From positions 1,883 through 65,882 of the forward strand of contig JBEKLY010000001.1 of assembly GCA_050010015.1 (NCBI GenBank): DNA of 64,000 bases, given 5' to 3'. Positions 8,362-17,881 of this stretch are shown here, one piece after another; position 1 is the first letter of the stretch; each line of letters opens with the position of its first letter. The notes under the pieces are model-generated. The model saw nothing but the letters and a program-made list of their open reading frames with translations, was not told the origin of the DNA and made no database searches. Made by a program: the position numbers and the translations under genes. This DNA is from Terriglobia bacterium. GTDB lineage: Bacteria > Acidobacteriota > Terriglobia > UBA7540.

Positions 8362-10107
8362 ATGGCTACCAAAGCGCAGTTGAATGCGACCCACGTATTG
8401 GAACCTACGGATGCTCCAGATCGGCATAACCTGGTGGATTACGACCCCACCTACAGGGGTTTCCAATGGGAGGATGTCCACAAGGAGTTTGATTGGAGCC
8501 GCACCGGCAAAGTTAACATGGCGCACGAGGCCATCGATCGGCATCTGACCCGAGGCCGTCGAAACAAGCTGGCCTTGATTTACACCGACCGCGATCGGAC
8601 TTCGCGATTCACCTTCGAGGACATGTCGCTTCAATCGAATCGCTTTGCAAACGTCCTGAGGAAGCTGGGAGTTGTAAAGGGCGACCGCGTCTTTGTGTTT
8701 TTGGGGCGGCGGCCGGAACTCTATGTTGCCATCCTCGGAATTTTAAAAATCGGAGCCATTCCCAGCCCGCTTTTCGAGGCGTTCATGGAGGACGCGGTTC
8801 GCGATCGCATGGCGAACGCCGAAGCCGTAGCGCTGGTGACATCTCCCGCGCTGCTGGACCGGGTGCCTCAGTGGGAATTGCCGACGCTCAAGCACGTGAT
8901 TCTCGTTGGAGCAAGCGCCGACGGTCAGCCCGCGGGACACTACAGCTACGACGCCTTGATGGACGGCGCGGAGGACAAGACGGAAATCGAGTGGCTGACC
9001 CTGGATGATCCGCTGATCATCCACTATACGTCAGGTTCGACCGGCAAGCCCAAAGGCGTGCTCCACGTGCAGCGCGCCATGCTCGGCCACATGATGACAG
9101 GCCGGTGGGTGCTCGACTTTCAGGAAGACGATGTTTATTGGTGCACGGCGGACCCAGGCTGGGTGACGGGCACGTCCTACGGAATTTTCGCGCCCTGGCT
9201 GAACGGGGCGACAAACCTGATTCGCGGCGGACGCTTCAATGCCTCGGAGTGGTACGGCACGATCGAACGCTTCCGGGTGAACATCTGGTACAGCGCTCCT
9301 ACAGCGTTTCGGATGTTGATGGCCGTCGGCGACGAGGTGTCGAAACGCTACGATCTTTCCTCACTCCGGCACGTCTTGAGCGTGGGCGAACCGCTGAACC
9401 CGGAAGTCGTTTGGTGGGGTTGGAAGACCTACGGACGAAGGATTCACGACAACTGGTGGATGACGGAAACGGGTCATATCCTGATATCGAATTACGCGTC
9501 GATGACCATCCGGCCGGGCTCCATGGGCAAGCCTGTCCCGGGCGTCAAGGCGAGTATCGTCGACGACGACGGTAAGGAGTTGCCACCCAACACACTGGGA
9601 AATCTCGTGGTCAAACCCGGTTGGCCCGGTATGATGCCGACCATCTGGAAACAGCCGGAGCGCTACCGCGCCTATTTTCGTATCCCGGGATGGTACGTGA
9701 CCGGGGATAGCGCCTACTACGACGAGGATGGCTATTTCTGGTTCCAGGGCCGAGTGGACGATCTCATCATTACGGCGGGCGAGAACGTGGGACCGTTCGA
9801 GGTGGAGAGCTGCCTCCTCGAGCACCCGGCCGTAGCGGAGGCGGGCGTCATCGGTAAGCCGGATGCCCTGCGTGGCCACATCATCAAAGCCTTCATCTCG
9901 CTCCGGGAAGGATACGAGCCCAGCGACGAACTGAAAGACGAGATCCAGAAGTTCGTCCGCCAGAAGCTGGCCGTGCACGCCGCGCCGCGTGAAATCGAGT
10001 TCAAACAAAAGCTCCCCAAAACACGCAGCGGCAAGATTATGCGGCGAGTCCTCAAAGCTTGGGAATTGGGATTGCCCACCGGCGACTTGTCGACACTCGA
10101 GGAGTGA
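8362..10107 (+). CDS. AMP-forming acetyl/acyl-CoA synthetase
   Basis: YTSGSTGKPKGV, WWMTETG, GDSAYYDEDGYFWFQGRVDD and PKTRSGKIMRR motifs. GGGAGG Shine-Dalgarno 9 nt before ATG 8362. Confidence 0.85.
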   Translation: MATKAQLNATHVLEPTDAPDRHNLVDYDPTYRGFQWEDVHKEFDWSRTGKVNMAHEAIDRHLTRGRRNKLALIYTDRDRTSRFTFEDMSLQSNRFANVLRKLGVVKGDRVFVFLGRRPELYVAILGILKIGAIPSPLFEAFMEDAVRDRMANAEAVALVTSPALLDRVPQWELPTLKHVILVGASADGQPAGHYSYDALMDGAEDKTEIEWLTLDDPLIIHYTSGSTGKPKGVLHVQRAMLGHMMTGRWVLDFQEDDVYWCTADPGWVTGTSYGIFAPWLNGATNLIRGGRFNASEWYGTIERFRVNIWYSAPTAFRMLMAVGDEVSKRYDLSSLRHVLSVGEPLNPEVVWWGWKTYGRRIHDNWWMTETGHILISNYASMTIRPGSMGKPVPGVKASIVDDDGKELPPNTLGNLVVKPGWPGMMPTIWKQPERYRAYFRIPGWYVTGDSAYYDEDGYFWFQGRVDDLIITAGENVGPFEVESCLLEHPAVAEAGVIGKPDALRGHIIKAFISLREGYEPSDELKDEIQKFVRQKLAVHAAPREIEFKQKLPKTRSGKIMRRVLKAWELGLPTGDLSTLEE

Positions 10108-10116
10108 CGGTGACCT

Positions 10117-10640
10117 GTAGGGGCGGCCCTGGTGGCCGCCCCGTAAGCGTTAACCTAATACCTCGACGGACGGCAAGCCAAGCCTGAATGACTGCTAGTA
10201 CAGGCCCGGAGGGCCGACAGAGAGTAGCCCACGGCGCAAGCCGTGGGTGCGAGGAGCAATCCTGACCTTACCTTAGCCCCGGAGGGGCGGCAGAGGCTCC
10301 CGGAGGATTTCTGTCGCCCCATCCGGGGCTTTGAATATTAACGCGCATCGGCTCCCACGGCTCAGAAGCTGTGAAAAAATCGGCGAAAGGCAAAAATATG
10401 CACGCGCTGTCATTCTGAGCGAAGCGAAGAATCTCGCTTTGAGTTCCTTCGCCATCAGCCAGTTCCATCGGCAGAGCGAGATCCTTCGCTTCGCTCAGGA
10501 TGACAGGCTGGCTGATTTTTTCACACCTTCTCACGCCGTGGGCTATTATTTGCCGCCGCTCCGCGGCTCTACGAGTGCTCACTCTTTAGGTTAACGCCCA
10601 TGGGTGGCCGCCCTTGGGCAATCACAAGGATTGCCCCTAC
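10117..10640. repeat. nested pile of palindromic elements filling the whole spacer, bounded by inverted termini GTAGGGGC...GCGTTAACCTAA
   Basis: Left terminus 10117-10158 and right terminus 10586-10640 are inverted copies. Inside are the 10368-10526 MITE and CCCACGG..CCGTGGG hairpins. Confidence 0.6.
10368..10526. mobile_element. ~160-bp MITE-like palindrome (outer arms GCTGTGAAAAAATC/GATTTTTTCACAC, inner GTCATTCTGAGC...GCTCAGGATGAC)
   Basis: Same architecture as 17719-17881, 18895-19018 and 52439-52575. Confidence 0.7.
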
Positions 10641-11524
10641 CGCGAGAGAGCCGCTGCTTCTTCGACGCTCCACAAGGGCGTTCCGCCGGGCCGGCTAGCG
10701 ACCAGAGCCCCGACGCGGTTGGCAAAATCGGCGATTTCGAGCGGCGTCCACCCTTGCCCCAGGCCGTGCACAAATGCTGCAGCAAAGGCATCGCCGGCTC
10801 CGACGGTATCGGCGACGTGAACCTTGTAGCCTTTCGCTTCGACGTAGTGGCCGCCCACCGCCAGCGCGCATCCTGATTCCCCGCGCGTCACGCAGACAGC
10901 CTCCCAGCCGAATTTCTCTGCGCCCCCTCGACAGAAGTCCTCGAGCGAATGATAGGACCATCCAAACAGGCTCTGAATCGTGCCAACTTCCTGGTCATTG
11001 AGTTTTACGGCGGTGGCCCGCGACATCAATTCGTTGACCAACGAGGCTTCGTAAGAATTCTCGCGCAGATTCACATCGTAAAAGCGCCGTGCTTTTGGAT
11101 TGGCGCCGATGAGCTTCAGCGTCAACGCCTTTGCTTGCGGGCTCATCTGGAACAGCGTGCCGAAGTAAATCCAGTCGGGCTGCTGGGAGCTGAGTTCTCG
11201 AAGGCTCGCCTCTGAAATCTCGGGGAAGTCGTAGGCGGCGGGCCGGTGGATGGTGAAGTGCGGCTGGCCCGAAACGTCGAGGCTTACAGTGACGATGCCG
11301 GTCGGGTATTCCTTAACCCGGTGAAGGAAGCTCGTCGGCAGGCCCAAAGCTTCCATCTTCTCGATGACGCGTTGCCCTCGCTGATCGTCACCCACGGCGC
11401 TGATGAAGGATACGGAGTGGCCCAAGATCCGCGCGTGCGCGGCAAAATTGAGGGCCGCTCCACCCAGGTGTTCGGTGTCACCGAACACGTCCCATAACAC
11501 TTCGCCAATGCTCAGTATGTTCAT
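10637..11524 (-). CDS. PfkB-family sugar kinase (fructokinase/KDG-kinase-like)
   Basis: MNILSIGEVLWD N-terminus and DTVGAGDAF motif. The 45-codon upstream extension in the track only translates a repeat element. Confidence 0.8.
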   Translation of the reverse strand: MNILSIGEVLWDVFGDTEHLGGAALNFAAHARILGHSVSFISAVGDDQRGQRVIEKMEALGLPTSFLHRVKEYPTGIVTVSLDVSGQPHFTIHRPAAYDFPEISEASLRELSSQQPDWIYFGTLFQMSPQAKALTLKLIGANPKARRFYDVNLRENSYEASLVNELMSRATAVKLNDQEVGTIQSLFGWSYHSLEDFCRGGAEKFGWEAVCVTRGESGCALAVGGHYVEAKGYKVHVADTVGAGDAFAAAFVHGLGQGWTPLEIADFANRVGALVASRPGGTPLWSVEEAAALSR

Positions 11525-11557
11525 GATCACGCCCTCAGCGCCGCGCCGTGCGACGGA

Positions 11558-11624
11558 CCCCCTCACCCGGCCCGCACCGATTGATGAAAGCGCCGGTGCG
11601 GGCCACCCTCTCCCCCAAGGGGGC
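11558..11624. repeat. inverted-orientation copy of the CCCTCTCCCCC/GGGTGAGGGGG repeat family
   Basis: CCCCCTCACCC ... CCACCCTCTCCCCCAAGGGGGC. Confidence 0.75.
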
Positions 11625-11926
11625 ATAGGCGCCACAATAAGCTCGTTACCCGAAGCCAAGCCGCATTAGCGGCGCAAGAATGTGGCCCACGGCGCCAGTC
11701 GTGGGATGACGGCACACAGAGAGCACGCTGATCCACGCAGTGGCGACAGAGGATCTGCGATTATGAAGACCGCTCTGTCGTCCCTCCCGGGGCTTGTCAG
11801 GCGCATCGGTTCTGCTTTCTCCCCACGGCTGTCGCCGTGGGCCACATTCTTGCGCCCGCCGGCTGACGGGCTCCGGAACCCGATCGAATTTGCTCTAGCG
11901 CCTATGTCCCAAGGGCGAGAAAGCAA

Positions 11927-11958
11927 CTCGACTCTCGACTTTTGACTTTCGACTCTTG
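11927..11958. repeat. 7-nt-period tract (CGACTCT/CGACTTT/TGACTTT/CGACTCT)
   Basis: Direct reading. Abuts the stop of the ABC permease gene. Confidence 0.7.
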
Positions 11959-13380
11959 TCAATAGAATCGAATCTCGTCGATGTCCAAGGCGAACTCACC
12001 GGACGGGCCGGTCACTGAGATCTCCAGTATCCATGGGCCCTCCGCCAGTCCGTGTTCCGTGGGGTTCGCCAACCACGCGATGGGCACGCGCACGTTCTGC
12101 CAGGTCCCGCCTGGAACAAAACTGATCGCGGGCAAGGGGACGGGAAGACCCGACGAGCCAAGCTGCGCTACGTTGGGCGGCCGAAACGCCACTTGGTAGA
12201 CGCGCGAGTCACCGCGAGTTTCGAATTTGATGCCTTCGAGGCCTCTCGAATTCACCGGGATCTTCACTTCATATCGCGCCGCGACTTTGCCTGGGGTGTT
12301 CTTGGGGCCTGCCGCCAAGCGTCCTGCGAAGCGCATAGCGCGCCGAGTGCCTTCGGCGCCCGGCGTCACAAGGGAGAGTTCGACTACGGAGTGGTTGGCG
12401 GCGCCAGAATCGGCGGTGACGCGCCATCGGTTCGTGAGTTCTTCGGAAGTCTGAACGCCTTCGAAGTCTTCGATCGAATTGTCCTTCGCTGCTTTTGCGT
12501 TCGCGCCGGCGGAGGAACCCTGGTCCATGGCGTTGTAGGAACGGGACCATGCGGCCGTGGGATTGGCGCGGGTGTTCATCCACACGCCCATTACCAGGAA
12601 GGGCAGCACGAAGACGCAGGACCACAGTTTGGCCCGTGTGGATATCCGCTCTTCTTTCTCCCAACGGAAAAGCTTCATGGCAAAGAGCAATCCGAAGAAG
12701 CCCGAAGTCACCAGGACCAGCATTTCCGGCCAGTGCCTCAGTAGCGGGTCGCCTTGCGCCGCAATACTCTGAAAGGAGCTGACGAGATAGGTGGAAGGGA
12801 AGAACATGGCCAGCCGCTGAATCGTGCGGGGAAGCATGGGCAGGGGAAACGTGACGCCGGAGAGAAACAACAATGTGAACCAGGCGATGTTGTTGTAGAC
12901 CTGGGCCTCCTGCATGGTGTTCGCCACGCTGGCTATGGTGAGTCCGAAACCCGCGAAGGCGAACGTCCCCACAGTAACCAAAACCAGCAACGTTACCCAG
13001 CCGATTTTCATCGGCATGTGAAAGATGGCCACCGCGCAGAAAAGCAACAGGCCGAGGGTGGGAAGTTGAAGCAGGTAATTCGCCAGCAGATTGCTCAGCA
13101 GTATGGTGCGCGGGCCCAACGGGGCCAGGCGGTAGCGCCGCAGGCTGCCCCGCTCGCGCTGCATCACGGATTGTATGCCCAGTCCAAAGAAGCCGCTGCC
13201 CATGATGTTCAGCGTAACCACGGGCCCAAACATGTACGCCACAATTTCGGGATTGCCGTGAGCGATCAGTCCGGCATAAGCGAAGAGGAAGACCAGCGGA
13301 AAAACAAAGGTGAAAAACAGTGCCACCTTGGTGCGCATCACCAGGCGGATGGTCAGCAGCGCGATGCGGACGGCGGCCAT
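11959..13380 (-). CDS. ABC-2 type exporter permease fused to a C-terminal ~200-aa soluble beta-sandwich-like domain
   Basis: The N-terminal ~260 aa are multi-TM (ABC-2-like). The C-terminal part (IEDFEG..WRVTADSGAANHS...LDIDEIRFY) looks CIA30/CBM-like (tentative). Confidence 0.7.
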   Translation of the reverse strand: MAAVRIALLTIRLVMRTKVALFFTFVFPLVFLFAYAGLIAHGNPEIVAYMFGPVVTLNIMGSGFFGLGIQSVMQRERGSLRRYRLAPLGPRTILLSNLLANYLLQLPTLGLLLFCAVAIFHMPMKIGWVTLLVLVTVGTFAFAGFGLTIASVANTMQEAQVYNNIAWFTLLFLSGVTFPLPMLPRTIQRLAMFFPSTYLVSSFQSIAAQGDPLLRHWPEMLVLVTSGFFGLLFAMKLFRWEKEERISTRAKLWSCVFVLPFLVMGVWMNTRANPTAAWSRSYNAMDQGSSAGANAKAAKDNSIEDFEGVQTSEELTNRWRVTADSGAANHSVVELSLVTPGAEGTRRAMRFAGRLAAGPKNTPGKVAARYEVKIPVNSRGLEGIKFETRGDSRVYQVAFRPPNVAQLGSSGLPVPLPAISFVPGGTWQNVRVPIAWLANPTEHGLAEGPWILEISVTGPSGEFALDIDEIRFY

Positions 13381-13382
13381 CG

Positions 13383-14318
13383 TCAGGCCTCCATCCTTCG
13401 CCCGGTCATCTCCACAAAAACGTCCTCGAGGCTGGGCCGGGCGATGTGCAGATCGACGAGAGCATTGTCATCAGCCTCGAGGAAGCGGACCAGGGCGGCA
13501 ATGGTCACGGCGGGCGGTTGGGCGCGAAGGAAATAGGCGCCCTCCGCCTCGTGGCAGTCAATCACGCCGTCGATCACTTTCAGACGCTCGAGGCCGACCG
13601 GTTTAGCGAGGCGAAGCTCGAGCCGTGTGCCCTGGCCGGAGCGCGTGATCAACTCCCGAGGGGTTCCGAGGGCCACCAGTTGGCCTCGATCCATGATCGC
13701 CACGCGGTCACATAGCCGCTCGGCCTCTTCGATGTAATGGGTCGTCAGCAGTACGGTTCGCCCCTCGCTGCGAAAACGCTCGATGAGGGCGTAAATATCG
13801 CGCCGCAATTGCGGATCGAGGCCCACCGTGGGTTCGTCCAGCAGAACCATTTCGGGCTCATTCACCAGCGCCAGGGCGAGCGCCAGGCGCTGCTTTTGCC
13901 CTCCGGATAGCTTCTCGAAGAAAGTGTGGCGTTTCTCCTTCAGGCCGAAGCGTTCCAAGAGCGCCTCGACAGAGGCGGAGCGCCGATAAAAACCGGCAAA
14001 CAAGCGGAGGGCCTCATCGACGCGCATTTTATCAGGCAGGACCGTAGACTGGAGCTGCGCTCCAATGCGTTCCTTGAGCGACATGCTCTCCTGGGCCGGG
14101 TCGAGGCCGCAGACGCGCACCCGCCCGCCGTCGGGTTGGCGCAAGCCTTCGATGATCTCGATCGTGGTGGTCTTTCCCGCTCCGTTGGGGCCCAAAAGGC
14201 CAAAGACTTCGCCCTGAAAAATGTCAAAGCTCAGGCCGCGCACGGCCGCCAAATCACCATAATTCTTGTGCAGATTCTGCACACTGACGAGAACCGGCTT
14301 CTCCGCAGTCTGGTTCAT
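13383..14318 (-). CDS. ABC transporter ATP-binding protein
   Basis: Walker A GPNGAGKTT, signature LSGGQKQRL, Walker B VLLDEPT. ATG at 14318. Confidence 0.9.
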   Translation of the reverse strand: MNQTAEKPVLVSVQNLHKNYGDLAAVRGLSFDIFQGEVFGLLGPNGAGKTTTIEIIEGLRQPDGGRVRVCGLDPAQESMSLKERIGAQLQSTVLPDKMRVDEALRLFAGFYRRSASVEALLERFGLKEKRHTFFEKLSGGQKQRLALALALVNEPEMVLLDEPTVGLDPQLRRDIYALIERFRSEGRTVLLTTHYIEEAERLCDRVAIMDRGQLVALGTPRELITRSGQGTRLELRLAKPVGLERLKVIDGVIDCHEAEGAYFLRAQPPAVTIAALVRFLEADDNALVDLHIARPSLEDVFVEMTGRRMEA

Positions 14319-14363
14319 GGGCGAGTGGGAACATGATAGCACAGGAGGGCGAACCACCCCTGA

Positions 14364-14484
14364 CCCCTCCTTAGCCAAGGAGGGGAATCACGAAGTCCCC
14401 TCTCTCTGTAAATCGGGAAACGGCGAACTTCCCTCTCTGGATAAGTATCGGGACCACGGACTCCCCTCCTCAATTGAGGAGGGG
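14364..14484. repeat. four tandem ~32-nt units in a divergent promoter region, ending in a perfect 22-bp palindrome
   Basis: Each unit starts CCCCTC(C/T). Unit 1 is CCCCTCCTTAGCCAAGGAGGGG. Unit 4 is CCCCTCCTCAATTGAGGAGGGG (14463-14484). Confidence 0.7.
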
Positions 14485-14560
14485 CCGGGGGTGGTGGCTC
14501 GGCGGGCCCTTGCCGAAACCCGGCTTGACGAATGTCCAGCGCGGCGTTAACGTTCAGTCT

Positions 14561-15838
14561 ATGGATAACAAAACCAACGGTCATCTTCCACTCGCCGGTT
14601 TTTATCTTCTGGAGCGCACCCGCCCGGGGCTCGGGAAACTGGACGACCTCAAAGGCTCGATCGTGGGAATCCTGAATGGGCTGGGAGTACCGGCAGAAAA
14701 GCTGCGCGGCAAGCGCATCGCCGTTGCGCTGGGCAGCCGCGGGATTGCCAGCTTGCAAGAGATCGTAGGCGCGGTGTGCGGTTGGCTGAAGTCGCAAGGT
14801 GCTGAGCCGTTTGTCTTCCCTGCCATGGGGAGCCACGGAGGAGGAACCGCGGAAGGGCAGCGCAAAATTCTCGAGGGCTACGGCGTTACAGAAGCCGCTC
14901 TCGGTGTCGAAATTCGCTCGTCGATGGAAGCAGTGAAAGTTGGAGTAACCCCGGAAGGGTTCAACGCTCACATGGATCGGAACGCCTGGGAATCCGACGG
15001 CGTGGTGGTGGTGAACCGCATCAAGCCCCACACGGATTTTTCCGGGAAGGTCGAAAGCGGCGTTTTGAAGATGATCACGATCGGCATGGGCAAGCTCGAG
15101 GGCGCGAGCGAAGGCCACCGGCGAAGTTGGAAATACGGGTTCGAGACCACCATCCGCAGCGTCTCCGCCAAGGTCCTCGCCACCGGCAAGATTCTGTTCG
15201 GGGTAGCCGCCGTGGAGAACGAACTTCACCAGATCGCCGCGGTCCGCGCCGCGCTGCCGGAAGGCCTGGTCGAGCAGGAGGAAACCACGCTCAAACTTGC
15301 CCGCACTCTGGTGCCGCGCATTCCTTTCCCGGACTTCCAGATGCTTGTGGTGGATGAAATGGGCAAGAACATCAGCGGCACGGGAATGGATACCAAAGTG
15401 ATTGGGCGTGGTGTGGAACTGCCACGAGGTGAGGCGCCTTCGATCGGCATGATCTACGTTCGCGACCTCACCGCCGAAAGCGGCGGCAACGCCGTGGGCA
15501 TGGGGTCCGCGGATGTCATCCATGACCGACTTTTTCAGAAGATCGACTTCCAGAAGACCTACCTCAACGCGCTCACTGCTCTGAGTCCTCGCGGCGGACG
15601 GCTGCCGATTCATTTGCCCTCGGACCGCCAGGCTTTTGACTTGACCCTCGGCCACTTGGGAAGTCCTGAGCCTGCAGAACAGCGCATCATCTGGATTCGA
15701 AACACTCTCAGCCTTGAGAGGATTGCCATCTCAGCTCCGTTGGCTGGCGAGGCCAAGGCACTCGAAAGCTGGCGGCTGCTGGAGGGTGTTCGTTCGGCTG
15801 AGTTTGATGCGGCGGGGAATCTTCAGTCCCTCCCGTGA
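14561..15838 (+). CDS. LarA-like / DUF2088-like protein (tentative)
   Basis: 425 aa. The KPHTDFSGKVESG segment is reminiscent of the EPHxxAGFSGG region of lactate racemase-type proteins. The assignment is from memory only. Confidence 0.45.
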   Translation: MDNKTNGHLPLAGFYLLERTRPGLGKLDDLKGSIVGILNGLGVPAEKLRGKRIAVALGSRGIASLQEIVGAVCGWLKSQGAEPFVFPAMGSHGGGTAEGQRKILEGYGVTEAALGVEIRSSMEAVKVGVTPEGFNAHMDRNAWESDGVVVVNRIKPHTDFSGKVESGVLKMITIGMGKLEGASEGHRRSWKYGFETTIRSVSAKVLATGKILFGVAAVENELHQIAAVRAALPEGLVEQEETTLKLARTLVPRIPFPDFQMLVVDEMGKNISGTGMDTKVIGRGVELPRGEAPSIGMIYVRDLTAESGGNAVGMGSADVIHDRLFQKIDFQKTYLNALTALSPRGGRLPIHLPSDRQAFDLTLGHLGSPEPAEQRIIWIRNTLSLERIAISAPLAGEAKALESWRLLEGVRSAEFDAAGNLQSLP

Positions 15839-16204
15839 CCATCCCCGTTGTCAACCTGAGCGCAGCGAAGAATCTCAGCAGTTCTTTCCACAACTGCAGA
15901 GATCCTCTGCTGCTCTCTAAACGTGTAGGGGTAGGGCTTGCCCTACCCGGGATGTTGCAAGATTGATCCAGACAGGGGACGGCAAGCCGTCCCCCTACAG
16001 TCGTGTTTTCATGGTTTCCGGGTGCCGGTCCGCCGACGGGCATGCGCGACCGCTTTATAGCGGCCCCGGGTGCTCTTTGCCGACCTGAAGGTCGACGCTT
16101 CTTATTTAACGTGCCGCCGTACAGCTTGACTCACTTCATTTAAGGCGTCAAAATGTTTTTCTGGGGTGTTTGGAATCTCGCATAGGGTATAAGGTTTAAA
16201 AACA

Positions 16205-17146
16205 ATGTTTGTACTTTGGCGCAGTCGCTTGAAAGCGGCCGCATGTTTACTCGCTGCGGCCTTAATCTTGGGCAGCGCTCAGGCGTTTTGCGGCTCGCCC
16301 CGCCCGGAAGCTTCCGCAAGAACCGAGTGCGCGACTGTCTCCAGCGCAATCCTGGGACGCTCCGTAGATTATTGCGTAGCGTTCCCTCCCGGCTATGACC
16401 CGTCATCCAGCAAGCGCTACCCAACCCTCTACTTCCTCCACGGGCTTTTTGAAGACGAGCACAGTTGGCTAGACCGGGGAGGTGAGCAAGTTTGGGAAAG
16501 TCTCGCCAATCAGGGCGCGATCGGGAATTTCATTGTGGTCTTGCCTGCCGGAGGGCGGACTTTCTACGTCAACTCCGCAGACTGCCACGACCGCTACGAG
16601 GATTTCTTCATTCAGGAACTGGTGCCCGAAATTGACCGCAAGTATCGCACCCGGGCTGTTGCGAGCGAACGCGGCATCAGCGGTGTCTCCATGGGCGGCT
16701 ACGGCGCTCTGCATCTGGCCATGCGCCATCCGGACGTTTTCGGCTCCGCCAGCGCCCACAGCGCGGCTTTGCTGCCGAAATTCCCCGACCCGCTCCCCAC
16801 CGAAGGCCGCTGGGGTTTTTATGCGCGAGTTCTCCAGGGGCCTTTCGGGTCGCCACTGAACGAGACCTATTTCGACGCCAACAACCCTCTTACCCTCGCC
16901 GAGCATCCCGAGCGCTTCCCCCACCTCGCGCTCTACTTCGACTGCGGCGACCATGACCGGTATGGTTTCAACGAAGGAGCCGAACTGCTGGATCGCATCC
17001 TCACCCAGAAGAACTTTCCGCACACCTTCGCCATCCGCCCCGGGGGACACGGCTGGGACTACCTCCACGAGTACATGCACTTCTCTCTCGAGTTCGAATC
17101 TAAAGCATTCACGCAGGCTGAGAAAGCAAGCTTGACGGCTCACTAA
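16205..17146 (+). CDS. secreted alpha/beta-hydrolase, esterase family
   Basis: Signal peptide. YPTLYFLHG motif. Nucleophile elbow GVSMGG. Confidence 0.8.
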   Translation: MFVLWRSRLKAAACLLAAALILGSAQAFCGSPRPEASARTECATVSSAILGRSVDYCVAFPPGYDPSSSKRYPTLYFLHGLFEDEHSWLDRGGEQVWESLANQGAIGNFIVVLPAGGRTFYVNSADCHDRYEDFFIQELVPEIDRKYRTRAVASERGISGVSMGGYGALHLAMRHPDVFGSASAHSAALLPKFPDPLPTEGRWGFYARVLQGPFGSPLNETYFDANNPLTLAEHPERFPHLALYFDCGDHDRYGFNEGAELLDRILTQKNFPHTFAIRPGGHGWDYLHEYMHFSLEFESKAFTQAEKASLTAH

Positions 17147-17159
17147 AGGAGACAACGCT

Positions 17160-17675
17160 ATGACGAAGATTCGTCAATTTCTGATCGGAATCGCCACGGC
17201 CGCGCTTGTGCTCTTGACCACCAACGCGGGTGTCGCTCACGGGGCCGAACGGGGGAGCGCGAAGGCCACCATCAGCGGCGCTCGCATCACCATCGACTAC
17301 GGCCGCCCAGTGCTGAAGGGCCGCGACATGCTTGGGCAACTCAAGCCGGGTCAGGTTTGGCGAATTGGCGCGGATTCGCCGACCACCCTTGAATCGGACA
17401 AAGACCTGAATTTTGGCGGAACCGTCGTTCCGAAGGGCAAACATATTTTGCTGGCGAAATTGGTCGAGCCGGGGAAATGGACGCTGGTATTTTCCAGGAA
17501 GTCAGTCTTCCAGTACGACGAGAGCGCAAAGATAGCGGAAGTTCCGCTGCAGTTCGAGGAAGCGAACGACTCCGACGAAATGGTAACCCTGAAACTCACC
17601 GAGCAAGGCGGGACGGGCGTTCTCGAGATCGCCTGGGGAAAAATGCGGCTGACGGCCTCGTTTAAGCCTGCGTAG
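17160..17675 (+). CDS. DUF2911 family secreted protein
   Basis: Signal peptide. ITIDYGRPVLKGRDMLG..VWRIGAD..G..VPKGKH pattern typical of DUF2911. Confidence 0.75.
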   Translation: MTKIRQFLIGIATAALVLLTTNAGVAHGAERGSAKATISGARITIDYGRPVLKGRDMLGQLKPGQVWRIGADSPTTLESDKDLNFGGTVVPKGKHILLAKLVEPGKWTLVFSRKSVFQYDESAKIAEVPLQFEEANDSDEMVTLKLTEQGGTGVLEIAWGKMRLTASFKPA

Positions 17676-17718
17676 GCGTCATCGCGGCGACACCGTTCCA
17701 CCTCGGAAGGGGGGTTGT

Positions 17719-17881
17719 AGACTCTGTGTGAAAACCTCAACTGGCGTGTCATTCCGAGCCCTTCGCTGTCATCCTGAGCGCAGCGAAGGATCTCGCTCTG
17801 GAAGTTTTCAAGGCAGTGCGAGATTCCTCGTCGCCTGCGGCTCCTCGGAATGACACGAAAAGCAGCGTTTTCACACAGACT
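17719..17881. mobile_element. 163-bp MITE-like palindrome, most complete copy of the family
   Basis: Outer arms AGACTCTGTGTGAAAAC / GTTTTCACACAGACT. Inner GTCATTCCGAG...GTCATCCTGAGCGCAGCGAAGGATCTCGC ... GCGAGATTCCTCGTCGCCTGCGGCTCCTCGGAATGAC. Confidence 0.75.

Noticed and set aside
12754-13536. 260-aa plus-strand ORF
   Set aside because: It overlaps the ABC permease/ATPase junction on the other strand. Its composition is highly charged and repetitive, and the minus-strand genes have clear ABC motifs.
14315-15655. 446-aa minus-strand ORF
   Set aside because: Antisense shadow of the LarA-like gene, with Arg/Gly/Ala-rich composition and no motif.
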